Of a DNA stretch of 64,000 nt, positions 23,901 through 36,300 are shown in pieces. Position numbers and translations under genes: made by a program. Each line of letters starts with the position of its first letter. The stretch's first letter is position 1. A model generated the notes under the pieces. The model was not told where the DNA came from and searched no databases. It worked only from the letters and a program-made list of their open reading frames with translations. Origin of the DNA: Amphiscolops sp. MND2022. Taxonomy: Eukaryota. Location: NCBI GenBank assembly GCA_964187785.1, contig OZ076421.1:23870001-23934000 (forward strand). The letters run 5' to 3'.

Positions 23901-24766
23901 TCTGTTTCCTGCGTATTCAAATAATCTGTCCGTATGATGTGGCGTTCGAATAACTTTTGTCAGGGCCATGGTCATTTGGCCTAGTGGTTAGAGAATGAGG
24001 GTCGTACGCAGAAGGTCATAGGTTCGATTTCAATCAACGCCTACTTCTCTAACTCCAGAGGATCGTTAGAATACGGGTTTTCTCGAAAATCATGCGTTCG
24101 AACCTGACCAACGCCACGTTTTTTTCTTTACTTTTTCAGTTTGAACTTTACCTCTCCCGATATATACTACTGATCTGTATTCTGATCACATTATTGTTTG
24201 CGCCTGATGCCACTCCCGGATTGTTTTCTCTCGAATTTCTGAAAAGGCTAACCGACGAACAATTTTGTGATCGACAATTTGAGAACTCAAGTAATCAATG
24301 TAAAAACAAACTGAAATTTCTTGAAACTTTTTAATAACAAGTTTCAGCGTTTGATTCATTCAATCCACTCAATTACAAGATCAATTTTGCGTCTTATTCA
24401 ACTGAATAGTTTTATTTGATCTCAGCTCTTCAACAGCATATTTTCACCCAAAGCTGTTGAAGAATATTCGGTAAATTCTAAAGGATGTTTAAACCAGGGA
24501 TTAAATTGGAAATCATTGTTTAGCCAGTTTCTAAATGTATACTCTTTTGCAGATTTCCAGATAGTAACACAATCGACTCCTCCAAGATTCTTGTGTTTGA
24601 AGACTCGCCCATTGGAATCCAATCTGCCAAAGCTGCCGGCATGAGGACGGTGATGGTGCCAGACCCTAGACTGGAGCCAGAGTTTCGTACCGAAGCCGAC
24701 CTCGTTCTATCTTCTCTCGAACACTTCAAGCCTGAAGACTGGGGCTTGCCTTCTTACTCAGATTGA
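20903..24766 (+). CDS. PUDP: Pseudouridine-5'-phosphatase / HDHD1 (HAD superfamily); join(20903..21151,21443..21687,24553..24766), 235 aa
   Basis: HAD motif I IFDMDGLLLDTE, motif II CTGS, GKPHP, motif IV LVFEDSPIG, and C-terminal FKPEDWGLP. Both introns are GT-AG and in phase. Confidence 0.95.
22231..22290 (-). repeat. tRNA-derived (SINE-like) head
   Basis: Minus strand GGTGTTGTGGTCAGAGCGCG...GAGTTCGAACC has a B-box; no acceptor stem forms. Confidence 0.45.
22333..22860 (-). mobile_element. 3' fragment of an RTE-like non-LTR retrotransposon with C2H2 zinc fingers, frameshifted
   Basis: KIAVLGWLGGL...KLRKEAG...IAQGRKKWKEIL...HLKNWERQQ followed by CPPDCGKVCKSNSGLKLHMKRIH and CPNCQCNFRSQGTMKNHLKKC. 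The clade assignment is from motif recall. Confidence 0.6.
23210..23701 (+). mobile_element. DINE-1/HINE-like non-autonomous Helentron derivative
   Basis: 5' TTTTT-AGTCGGCGCC...CCCGACT (subTIR plus inverted partner); 3' GGCGCCGACT-TGGGACGTTCCC-GTCTTGTT (subTIR, mini-hairpin, CTTGTT). No TSD. Confidence 0.8.
23970..24042 (+). repeat. tRNA-derived head / tRNA pseudogene
   Basis: A-box TGGCCTAGTGG, GCAGAAGG, and B-box GGTTCGATT. The acceptor stem does not pair. Confidence 0.55.
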
Positions 24767-25077
24767 TTTGTTTTGCTGCTTTTTATTTACCCTTAGACCG
24801 ATAAACTTGTTTGATACCTATCGTGGATGGGTTTTGTTTTCTTGTTAGCCAGGGAATAATTATATGGTTCATTGAATTTATTATGCAAGTCAAATCATTC
24901 AATCAGAGGTACCATCGTATAGTACCACGTAAAGGGGATATCGTAACAGTTGCTTTTCTACATGGTGCACGTTGAATTGCTTGGAAAATTTCCCAAGATT
25001 TCAAGGTAGTTTCGGGAATTTTTATATGGGTTTTGATTCCGATGTTGAGGTTAAAGTATCTAGACTATTACAGTCAC

Positions 25078-25618
25078 TTTTTAGTTGGCGCTTTTCTTGA
25101 AAAGAGCCGACTATAGTCATGGCTTTTCGTCAGTGTTTTTTTTTCGATACACCTGAAGTAACCAAAATAGTTCTACCAAAAATTCTACAAAATGTTAAGA
25201 AGACGCCAAATTGTACTTGTTGGCCCAAGGAACTGAACCAAAAAGGTTTCCCGCGTAACATACAATACCCGACGAGACTAAAGGGTCCCCCTTTCAATTT
25301 TTTTTGGCATTGCGAGACTTTTTTCATTTTATAATAATAATAATTAGATTTATCAGGATGCACTATAGATAATAATTCATATTTTGCGTACATTATATGT
25401 AACTATAATCGTAGAAAAATATCACATATGAGTACAAATAAAAATTAATATAGCCCCTGAAAAGGCTTCCCATAAGCACTGAGGCTTTTCGAGGGGAAAC
25501 CTTTAGAAACTTTTTTAAGCGGGTGCTGTTGAAGAGAATACTTTGACACTTTGAAGTCCTTTTGCTATTTTTGAGCCTTAGAAATGGCGCCGACTTGGTG
25601 GGCCGGTCCCGGCTTGTT
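25078..25618 (+). mobile_element. DINE-1/HINE-like element
   Basis: TTTTTAGTTGGCGC...GCCGACT at the left end; GGCGCCGACTTGG...CCCGGCTTGTT at the right end. Confidence 0.8.
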
Positions 25619-25669
25619 CTTTGAAGACAGACACGAACGCGACAAAAACGGTTAGGGCGGTCGATATAC

Positions 25670-25740
25670 TAGTTGGCCTCGTGGTTACAGTGTTGGCTTC
25701 CGAAGCAGAAGGTAGGAGGACGTTCGACTTTGAGCTGTTC
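25670..25740 (+). repeat. tRNA-derived (SINE-like) head
   Basis: TGGCCTCGTGG A-box-like, AGCAGAAGG, and a degenerate GTTCGA B-box. Confidence 0.45.
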
Positions 25741-25858
25741 TCGGCTTATGAAACAATTTCGCCGAGTTGAAAATTTCGCAAATATGTGGTTATCATGGAA
25801 ATTTTGTTTTGTTGATAGTTTTTCAGCGATTAAATTTGTGGATTTTTCCAGAGTGAAA

Positions 25859-28800
25859 ATGCCTGGCTTCGCCACTGATTCTGAAAGTGAAGATGATTAT
25901 GTGAATGGCGTAGTTCCTGAGAGACGAGCTGTCGTTAATCTGAAAGGCGGCATCAGAAGAGATAACCTTGAAACTGGGGTCGATTTCGAGATCGAAGACT
26001 TGGAAAACTTCGAGAACCAAGAGGCGCCCTTGGATGAGCCAGATGACGAGTATCTCTCGGTTGGTTGGTTGATTGGCTTTCGTTTTCAGTCCAGCTAAAA
26101 GTCAGACTTAATATCAGTCAACTTTTGTAGAGAATCGTTACTATAGACATCAATGTGAGCTAAAATATGGGGCAATAAAAATAGTTTCTACACCCGTTTG
26201 CTCCTTGTGAATATATTGATTGTGCAATGATATAGAATGGAAAAGACATTCAATCGGATCTTTCTAAGCAAAGTTTTGAGACCGCTAATTAATGATTGAG
26301 CGAATTAGCAGCCGTTCAGAATTTTTCAGCGATTCAAATTATTTAACGTTTCTCCAATCACCAATTAATATAGATTGAATCAATAGTAGCCAGAGAGTAG
26401 CTGGTGTTGGAGGGGAACCAGAAAGGCAAGTTCATGGTCATTATCGGCAATTAATAGATCGGGTATACTCAGAGGAAATATTGAATTGGGACGATCTATT
26501 AATTCTTAAATGTAATGAAATTTTCACTCGTGGTCTTCCAACGAAATTAAAAGACTTTGCCAATAAATTAGCTCAAAAATTGGCGGTGTCAAAACCCTGT
26601 TTCTAAATTTCTGAAGTATTGTTGAGCAGTTTGTTGTAAATCCTTTCCACATTCTAGAGCTTTTCAATTCCAGCTAACTCATGTAATGTTCATTTTCGTG
26701 AGCTTTATGTATGAAGACGTTCGTTTTAGGAGATTTGTTCAGAATTCAACCCATCGAGAATGGCCAGTCTTTCAATGCACGATGAAGGCGACGAATCGCG
26801 AACCACTTTCGAGATCTTGAAAGAGAAAATGACTGACATAACGGGAAAGTTCTCCAGTGAGCACAGCAATCTTATCTTCAAGCGTGTCCTGGAAGAAGCC
26901 AGTGAAGATGACCCTCCCATCAACAATGGTCTTGTCACAATACACTACTCAGCCTACTTGGAAGGACAAGACGAGCCCTTTGATTCCACGAAACGCAGAA
27001 GAATTCCCCACACTTTTCGCATTGGCGATTCAACTACTTTGGAAGGTGATACAGTATTTCAATCTTTTTTTAAAAAATCTCTTGGGCTGTTTTTAGTTCT
27101 ATTGTGCTGACATACAGCAAGGAATAATTTAGACTTGAAAATTTCAACTTCTGTTTCAGTCAGTTGGTGGACCAATTTGTGAACATAAGTGGAATTTTAT
27201 TTCGAAAAATTTTGCGTTGGCTTGAGAATTTTTGAAATCAAATCCTTAGATTGAACTTTCTACCGGAAAAATCTTAACCGTTTAGACTATTTTAACTACC
27301 ATCTACAGATGTTATTTATTCATCTAACTCTTAGCAATTGAGTTAGATGAATTTTATTGCGTAATACAAGCAAGTCTTCGTTAATCCCTCACAGTTCTGA
27401 TTTACCAGTACTTTTATTTTATTCAATTGAATAATCAGTACTTTTATTCAATTGAATGCTGAAAGCATCCAAATCTTGGACAATAAACTTGTTACTTCAG
27501 TAACCAAGTTTATTGTCCAAGATTTGGATGCTTTCAGTGAAGATACAAGATTGCACTACGAAAGTGTAAATTCAAAAAATTGAAATTTTTTGAAAAATCT
27601 TATTGGAACTGAAAGATTACAAATTTTTAATGTTCAATTTAAACTTCTGAAATCTGAAACTTCTGAGACTATTGTTAATTTTCTAACGTCTTCAAAATTT
27701 CTAGTGTTTTATTGTTTTCATGCTGACATTTCCGGTGAAAATCTCTTCGAAAATCGATTCGTTCGCATGTATTTAAATTAGCGTAGAAGTAATTCTCTTA
27801 TATAGTTAACTTTGTGCTGATGTTTACCTTGGCGAAGTTTTTCAGGGTGATCAGTGGATTTTGAGCATCTTTCAGGCAAACTTGAAACAAAAATTGCAGG
27901 AAGTTTAATCACTCAAATTGTCAAAAGGTGTGACTTAAAACCGAATTATCATTATTACATGCTACAACAATTTTCAGGAAAAAAATGATTTTATGGGTGG
28001 TAAAAATTCCAAACGAACGACGTTTTCCATGAAAATTTGGAACACCTTTGATGAACTTCAAAGCTTTTTGAGCTTGTCGATTCAAATCATTGTGCTGCGT
28101 GTTCTTTTACTTTTCAATAGAACTGTAGTTCAGTTTCAATTCTTAACGCCTTGTGGGGGAAACAACATCTTCTGTCATCAGGTCTTGAATGTGGTGTGCG
28201 AACCATGCGTGTAAATGAAAGATCCCAATTTATTGTCAACCCTGTGCTTGGTTATGGCCTGAAAGGGGTCCCCAAACTAGTTCCTGAGAACTCGGAGGTC
28301 CTTTTTGACGTCACTGCTATCAAATGCGTTGGTGGAGACGCTATTGAAGAGTTGGAGCACAACGGTTTCAGTATGGATGCTGAAGATAACACAAAGAGCT
28401 TTAAGCTGCGTGTGCGTGCTGCTAAAGAAGAAATGGCGATGGGATTCACCTATTTCAAAGAGAAGTATGCATTCAATTAGTCGCACGTTTAATTTCGTAA
28501 ATGTAATGCATGCATTTAATACCCTAATTATGGATCCGTTAAATTTCCCATCAATTAAACCCAATAAAAAGAATTTTTTATTATCCCAAAGATGATCCCA
28601 AAGACATGAGCAAAAAGTTCCCGTTTTAAAACCCTGTTACAGCTGTTAGGCCCGGTTACAACAGCTGGAGACCCACTCCAGCAATATTCAATCTAAAATC
28701 TTCATTTCCTGAGTTAGAATGATATTTACTCAAATTGTTTTTGCTAAACAAAAAGTTAATTCAAGTCGTTTTTATCAAAAGAATTTGCTTCTTATTTTTT

Positions 28801-31488
28801 CTTTACTCTCGAAGAGTTCCGTTTGTTCATGCTTCTGATAAGTTTGGGCATCGTTTGTCCGGTTGTTCAATAAAGTGTGTTTTCGCCCAATCTTTTAACC
28901 TGGAATTGGCAATTGGCTGTCTGTGTTCGGTTCAGAATTTTCTGGGCTTTGTCATACTTTGAATGCTTGTCTAACTTTCCTGTGAACTGAAGTTCTCTCA
29001 AAACGGTCATAGTTGTTGTTGGTAGAAAATACGTGGATGCCTCCCGACACTACTTGAGAGCCAAAAACTACATCACTGACGTCACTGTCGCGGACGAAAA
29101 AGAAGACGATGATCGAATAAGGCTCTATGTAAAGATTTGTCGCAACAACGCTCGGTCTCTTTTCCAGTTAGCCAAGTACGGCCCTTGTCTGCGGGAATGC
29201 CAGGAAGTAATCGGTTTCTTCCCCAATGACCCCGTGTCAAACCACCTCAAAGGACAGTGTCTTGAACTGCACCCGGGCAAACAAAACGTGGCAGGGGCCA
29301 TCCGTGCGTATCGCAGTGGGTTGCAAGGAAGATCCAGTAGTGTGACTCTGAACGAAGCTTTGAATAAAGCTTTGGCAAAACAACGAGGTATGTGAGAAAA
29401 TTCTGTTGTAGTTCATGAGGAATCATTATTGTTCCAAAATGGGTTTTTAGTCGGCGCTTTTCGTAGAAAACGCAGACTATAGTAGTGACTTTTCGTCTTT
29501 ATTTTTTGAAGACCAACGAACTGACAGATTTTATAAGCTTTATAAGCTGACTTGCACTAACTCTAACTGCCACACTACTTCAACTGGCAGTTGGCATATA
29601 GGTTAATTAGGCTTTTTTGAGGTCTGCTAAGCAGAAGGACGTGGGTTCGAGTCCCGCCCTTGACCAAATTTTTTTGTGCAGGTTATTTCGGCTTTGTGAG
29701 ACTTTTTTTCGCAAATATTTTTAAATGTCTTCATAGGGCCCCCTTCATTTTTTTTCTGTTTTGCAAAAGAATGGATATTCAAAAACTCCCCTAGGGCCCC
29801 TTTTACATTTTTCGGCACTATGCGACTTACCGTAGACCAAAAAAATTGAAAAATTCGAAAAAAATCGGATTTTTTTCAATTTTTTCCTCATGCGGATACT
29901 GTAGAAGAGAGAATACTTGAAACTTTGAAGTCCTTTTGCTATTTTTGAGCCTTAGATATGGCGCCGACTTGGGCCGTTCCCGGCTTGTTCTGTATTTGCG
30001 GTGGACTGAAATGTGCTTTTAGTGCGTGTGCAATGACATCCACTAAAAGCCGCCCAGTTGACTCGGCTAAAGACTTCAGTTGATTCTATTTTATGATGTT
30101 GGGACATTTACTAGGAAATTTGCTATTAGAGGCAACATGCTACTAAGCTCATTGTCACTGAGTACTACTACGGAGTGATCAATTAAATCAATTAGTGAAT
30201 TATGAAAACAATCAAATTTGCTAGAGTTTGCCATACTTGTTAGACTTGGCGGTTAATTGTGTCGTAAAATGTGGATTTGCTTTTAAAATCAGAAAACTTG
30301 ACTGACAGCCTCATAGTTAACAGCGAGGAAACTATTTAAAATTAGCAGTCAACTGCCTAGAAGCAAAGGTCCTAGTAGCAAACGTTCAGTAACCCCATTT
30401 TATATCGATAGTCCCAAACCTGTATCTCGATGTATATTGAGTACAGTAAGGTCAAGAACTATGACGACTTGATCATGCTGATTTCATATAAACTAGAATA
30501 GCTGGGAACTGATTTTTAGTCGGCGTTTTTCTTAAGAAAAGAGCCCGACTATTACAGTCACTCGTTTTTTTATTTAAGACAGACTCGAAGCGACGAACGT
30601 TAAAATTAACGTTCAACTACTAAATAAGTACTAAACTACTGGACCGCTAAAGGCAAACGGGGAGCGCATTCATTTACTTTTTAAACGTTACATACAAGCC
30701 CGGACGGGACTAAAGTTTCACCCCCCCCCCTTTCGATGTTTTTTCGGCGCTGTGAGACTTTTTTTCGAAATTTTTTCAATGTCCCCAAAGGGTCCCCCCT
30801 TTGAGTTTTTTGTTATTTTGCTACAGAATGCGTGTTTATAAATCAAAAAGGGTCCCCCTTTTACATTTTTCGGCACTGTGCGACATTTTCCGAAAGAAAT
30901 TTTTTTTCGAAAATTTCAAGTTTTTTTCCAAAAAAGTTTTGCGCTTTTTGAGCCTTAGATATAGCGCCGACTTGAGACGTTCCCGTCTTGTTCTGAAACT
31001 AGAATATGTTGTGGAAGTTTTTCATTTTCATGAAAAAAATTGTTTGTACAAACCCTTTCAATTTTCCAATAGCTTTTAGTTGCTTTATTTTGTGGATCTG
31101 TGTTTATTTATTTTTCAATTTTATCTATTATTTTGTTGCAGAAGAGGCTGAAAGGAGTCGTACATCCGGAGCTGAAGCAGTCTACAGACAAGGAATGGCC
31201 AAGATGTTCGGTCATCGACCAACTTCGAACAAATCGTCCCAACCAGGCCAGAGCAGCCTCCGGAAGAACCCAAAGTACAACCAGTTGTGCGAAGAATGGA
31301 GATTCCGAATTGACAAAAAAGTGAAAGAAGTTTCTGATGGGCAAAGAGATTTGGTCACGTTCCCGATTTTCGAACTAGTTGAGTTGGAAGTTGATTACAT
31401 CAGAAGTGCAGTAGAGGATTCCGGCCTTTCTTTTCAGGAGCGTGGATCAGGACTAGATTCTACTGTTTGTGTTTTCAAAAAAAGTTGA
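25859..31488 (+). CDS. FKBP6: FKBP6/Shutdown-like inactive PPIase-TPR co-chaperone; join(25859..26059,26730..27045,28182..28464,29026..29387,31142..31488), 502 aa
   Basis: FKBP domain (FEILKEKMTDI, VTIHYSAYLEGQDEPFDS, GLECGVRTMR, GYGLKGVPKLVPENSEVLFDV), a TPR region, and YRQGMAKMF. All four introns are GT-AG with compatible phases (0, 1, 2, 1). Confidence 0.88.
27459..27537. repeat. 79-bp hairpin with 33-bp perfect arms in FKBP6 intron 2
   Basis: CTGAAAGCATCCAAATCTTGGACAATAAACTTG has its exact reverse complement at 27505-27537. Confidence 0.9.
29444..29989 (+). mobile_element. DINE-1/HINE-like element with an internal tRNA-like segment
   Basis: Same termini as the 23210 copy; internal AGCAGAAGGACGTGGGTTCGAGTCCC at ~29630-29655. 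Confidence 0.8.
30513..30992 (+). mobile_element. DINE-1/HINE-like element
   Basis: TTTTTAGTCGGCG...GCCCGACT at the left end; AGCGCCGACTTGAGACGTTCCCGTCTTGTT at the right end. Confidence 0.8.
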
Positions 31489-32250
31489 ATATACTATTGA
31501 CTTTATAATTATTCTACTTGAAACATTTTTTCGCATTAATTTTGTCACTGTTAAGAAGTTTTTTGTAACTTGAGTTTGTTTATTGGTTTCTTTTTTCTAA
31601 GACACGTCTTGATTATTCGACTATCATGTTTCAATTGAGGGATCTCATGAACGACAGAAGCTGACCCTCCCCAGGGTCCGGTATGGGGAACTGTGCTTCA
31701 TGAGGTTACAATGTTGATTTCGGGCCTCTAGCACCTGATTGCAGATACTACATTAGAGGGCAAGTTAAGCTTGGTGATGACCAATAGCACCCAGTAACTT
31801 TTTTACATTCTCACGCGTTTTTGGGCTCAAGCACTATATTTACTGAAAGTTGGTACTTTCGTTAACATTGTTTATACTATGTCGTAATTCAAATAGCGAT
31901 TTCGAAATTAGGACGTGGGTTCCTAATTCTTTAGTAAGGACTCTTGGAGACTATTGTTCATAAGGTTCTCATTGAGTAAGACCTCGAATTTCATTACAAC
32001 TATCGTAAACATGAAGTAAGGATCCCTCGTTCTGAGATTCTCTCATTTCTCATTGGCCAGCTTTTTTCAGTCCGATTTTGTGAAGCTGTTCGTCTAATTG
32101 GATTCCATGAAAAGGAACGTTCACGTTGGAAGTGTTCGTTTGTTCAGTGACCATTCGTTTATTATCGAAGAACTCCTCATCAAAACTTATGGACTTGTTT
32201 CAAGTGCTGGATCGAGTGTCTCACAAGTACCGTACTCTTACAGTGTCTGA

Positions 32251-32677
32251 CAGGGGTGTTCATTATTGTATTGTAATATATTGACTCAAAATAATCAATA
32301 TATTTAAATCTAAGCCCAAAAAAAATTATTTTTCACATCTAAAAAATCAATGACGAAAAAAAACAAAATGACGAAGAACCTTGAATTTACGAAATTTCTT
32401 GTACATCAAAATGAGTCCAAAATGCTTTATTTATCATCAAAAACATTTGATAGTCAAAATTGCTTGGCGAAAGTTTCTTCCGATAATCAGTCTTTCTATA
32501 AATTTTGCTCGACTAAAAATATATGTTACGTAGTTCAAGATTTCACTCTGCAATTAATTATTTCCCCACTATATTACGCGCAATCAATAATTGTTGGAAA
32601 ACAGAGTCGTGAAATCAATAATTGTAATTGTTTAGTTGCAATAATTGTTATTTGCAATAATTAATTGAACACCCCTG
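32251..32677. mobile_element. hAT-type MITE (427 bp)
   Basis: TIR CAGGGGTGTTCA / TGAACACCCCTG, with a perfect 8-bp TSD GTGTCTGA at 32243-32250 and 32678-32685. Confidence 0.93.
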
Positions 32678-33364
32678 GTGTCTGACGCTTGCTCCTCTTT
32701 TAAGTGAATGACGTCATTTTAGCTTTATTTTCGCGCTTGCGCTATAAGCGTGTAAACCATTGCTTTACACTCTAATCCACGCCGTATTTCCTCAAAAACA
32801 CGCAGCGGCTTTTGAATACATTTTCTAGGTAAAATTTCGGCTTCTAAAAATTTAATTAGAATGCGACCTCCATTAAAAAACTTTGTAGCACTGATAGATT
32901 TTTCTTTAAAAAAGTCTCCTTTCGGAAATTTTGTCGGCGCTTTTTGATTAAAATTTGCACTCAAGGGACAAAACCAAAAGGTCTTCCTTGTGGGGTTTTG
33001 GGCACTTTCTTTTCTTGCAGACCAAAAAAATTAAAGGCAAGATAGTTGAATGAAAAATTTATCTGTTCGACGTGCTATTCCACTACAGCTAGCGCTTTCG
33101 GCTGCCGCTTTTGATCAATAGCGGTATCCATAGCTGAATTACGCTTACTGGTCAAACCCCTGCTGACACGTTGACTTTCCATTGGAATGTACCGGATCTC
33201 TTCGAGTACCTTGATTCGAAAACTTCGCTCGTGAGATAGAAATCATCTTAGAATTTAGTTCTACTTCCTCTGTGCCCATGTATGTTCGTGTGCTAGTTCC
33301 CTTTATTGTTGGTTTGAATTGATTTCAGAATTTATGTGACGGGACATCATTTTACTCGATTGAA

Positions 33365-36300
33365 ATGACCCTTGTGGTTGAATGTGGTTGCAAAGGTATC
33401 CGACAATGTCCCAGCTGCACTGTGAAGAATGACAAAAATGAACTTGATGGAGTTGAAGAATCTTTCTGGGCAGAGAAGAGTTTCACTGTGGATGACGTAA
33501 GTTTTATTTAATGCCCTAAAATGTCAAAAAGACTCGGGCAAAAGGCTCTTTCACAGTGTACTGTGTAAATGATATGCGATGTAGGAAGAATTACACTTAT
33601 AATTGCAATTACAAGACGCCCGCTAAGCACCGGGATATTTTCCGTCCTGTTCGCCTTCACCAACTGAGCCATAGCTATTTTGGTAGGGGGGAATAGGATC
33701 TAAAGAATTAGATCTAAAATTTAGTGATTTTAGATCTTATTCCTTTTAGATCTTATTCCCGCCCTGAAATTTTAGATCTTATTCCTTTTAGATCTTATTC
33801 CCTTTTTAGGAGTCGGAAAAAATTTTCGACTACTTATGCAATCGTGGTTTTTTTTTGTTTTTTTATCTCCCGACCTTTTCATGAAAATTTCAAATTTCTC
33901 AAAAACTGTCCATACGATTTTCACGAAATTTTGCACAGTCATTCTACACCCAAAGAGCCCCTGCGTGTGCAAAGGCATCAAAATCGTATGGCTGGGATGT
34001 GAGAAACATAGCCAAAATTAGCCCAAAAATTGCCAAAAAACAGCCATTTTTCGACTTTTTTTCGCTTTTCTCAAAAACTGTCCATACTATTCGAACGAAA
34101 TTTTCTACAGTTATTCTACACCATATTAGAGTCCTATATGTGCAATGGCATCAAAATCGTATGGCTGGGATGTGAGAAACATAGCCAAAATTAGCCCAAA
34201 AATGGCCAAAAAACAGTCATTTTTCGTTTTTTTTTAAGATAAGGCTGTCATGTTAATAACAATGTGTTTATAACACGACTTTTTTAAACATGTTATTTAC
34301 ACCCTTTTTTTGACATGTTTTTAACAGATAACAGCGATTTCAGCGTTTTTCAGATTTTGAGATGCCTCGAGAGAAGAAACCAGTGTGGTCCTACTTCAAA
34401 GAAATTTTGTCGGGAACTAACAAGCGTGCAAAATGCAAAAACTGTGGGCTGGAAATTGTCAATAATGCAGCAAGGATGGAAAAACACATTGCAAAAGATT
34501 GTAAGGGTGCGACAGAATCTGAAAATGATAATGCGGGACCTTCGGCTCCGAAAACATTAAGACAAACGACGTTGCACATGGCATCGTCAAAGTCAAAGCA
34601 GCACGATATTGATCTACAAATAACAAGATATTTTATTGCAACGAATACACCATTCAATGCTGCATCTAATGATCATCTAAAACGTCTTGTGGAGAAACTG
34701 AGGCCCAATACAATTATTCCGGATCGTCGTGATATTGCTGGACGTTTATTGGATGAAGTGTACGATGAGGAAAAAGACAAAGTGAAGCTTCTGGTCTCTG
34801 AAGCCAATTGCACTTTATCATTAGACGGATGGTCGACATTATCCAATGAGCCAGTTGTGGGAGTTTGCTTCTACGCGAATGGATCTTGTTACTTTGTGAA
34901 TACAATCGGAACACTTGGTGAAATGCACACAGCTGACTATCTTGTGACTGTCATATCTGAGCAGATCAAGTACTTGCAAGAAGAATTTGGTGTCCGAGTT
35001 ACAAGTATCGTAACTGACAACGCAAGGGGAGAAAATGAATCCGAGTGAAGTAAGTGAGGCCGTATCGTATATCAAGGATTCCTGCGAAAGTGATGTTCTT
35101 CCCGCTTTGACGAAATACATGGGAAAAATTCCGCCATATTCGCCACATTGATTTGGCTCCAGTTTCAAGAATGTCTCATCTGACTCGTGGTGGAAAGGTG
35201 GTCTTCGCATGGGTTTTGACCCCATCTTGGTTGACGTGGCTTGCTCAATTGTTGAGGCTGTTTCATCATCTGCTGGATTGGAGAGATATTTTCGACGATG
35301 GGCCTCACGTACGGACGATTGAGAGGTTCTCTCGGGGTTGAGAAAGCAGGCAAACTGTCATTTCTGTTCCGGCAGTTGAACCGCTGATTTTAACACATTT
35401 TTTAACTATTTTACATGTGAAAATTCGTAATTTACATGTTAAATTGTAAAAATCGTTTTTAACAGTAAAATATGACAGCCCTGTTTTTAGATTTTCTCAA
35501 AAACTCTCCATACGATTCGAACGAAATTTTCTAGTCATTCTACACCATATTATGGTCCTTTATGTGCAATTTCATTAAATTCGTATGGCTGGGATGTGAG
35601 AAACATAGCCAAATTTAGCCCAAAAATGGCCAAAAAAAACAGTCATTTTTCAATTTTATCGATTTTCTCACAAACTGTCCATACTATTCGAACGAAATTT
35701 TCTACAGTTATTCTACACCATATTAGAGTCCTATATGTGCAATGGCATCAAAATCGTATGGCTGGGATGTGAGAAACATAGCCAAAATTAGCCCAAAAAT
35801 GGCCAAAAAACAGTCATTTTTCGTTTTTTTTTAAGATAAGGCTGTCATGTTAATAACAATGTGTTTATAACACGACTTTTTTAAACATGTTATTTACACC
35901 CTTTTTTTTGACATGTTTTTAACAGATAACAGCGATTTCAGCGTTTTTCAGATTTTGAGATGCCTCGAGAGAAGAAACCAGTGTGGTCCTACTTCAAAGA
36001 AATTTTGTCGGGAACTAACAAGCGTGCAAAATGCAAAAACTGTGGGCTGGAAATTGTCAATAATGCAGCAAGGATGGAAAAACACATTGCAAAAGATTGT
36101 AAGGGTGCGACAGAATCTGAAAATGATAATGCGGGACCTTCGGCTCCGAAAACATTAAGACAAACGACGTTGCACATGGCATCGTCAAAGTCAAAGCAGC
36201 ACGATATTGATCTACAAATAACAAGATATTTTATTGCAACGAATACACCATTCAATGCTGCATCTAATGATCATCTAAAACGTCTTGTGGAGAAACTGAG

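Noticed and set aside
23970-24042. Functional tRNA gene
   Set aside because: A and B boxes are present, but the acceptor stem does not pair; kept only as a tRNA-derived repeat.
30014-30385. Imperfect inverted repeats (GCTTTTAGTG/CACTAAAAGC; TACTAGGA/TCCTAGTA) as a MITE
   Set aside because: The arms are short and degenerate, and I could not define termini or a TSD.
31640-31800. GC-richer segment as a snoRNA or exon
   Set aside because: No convincing paired C/D or H/ACA boxes, and no open frame with splice sites on either strand.
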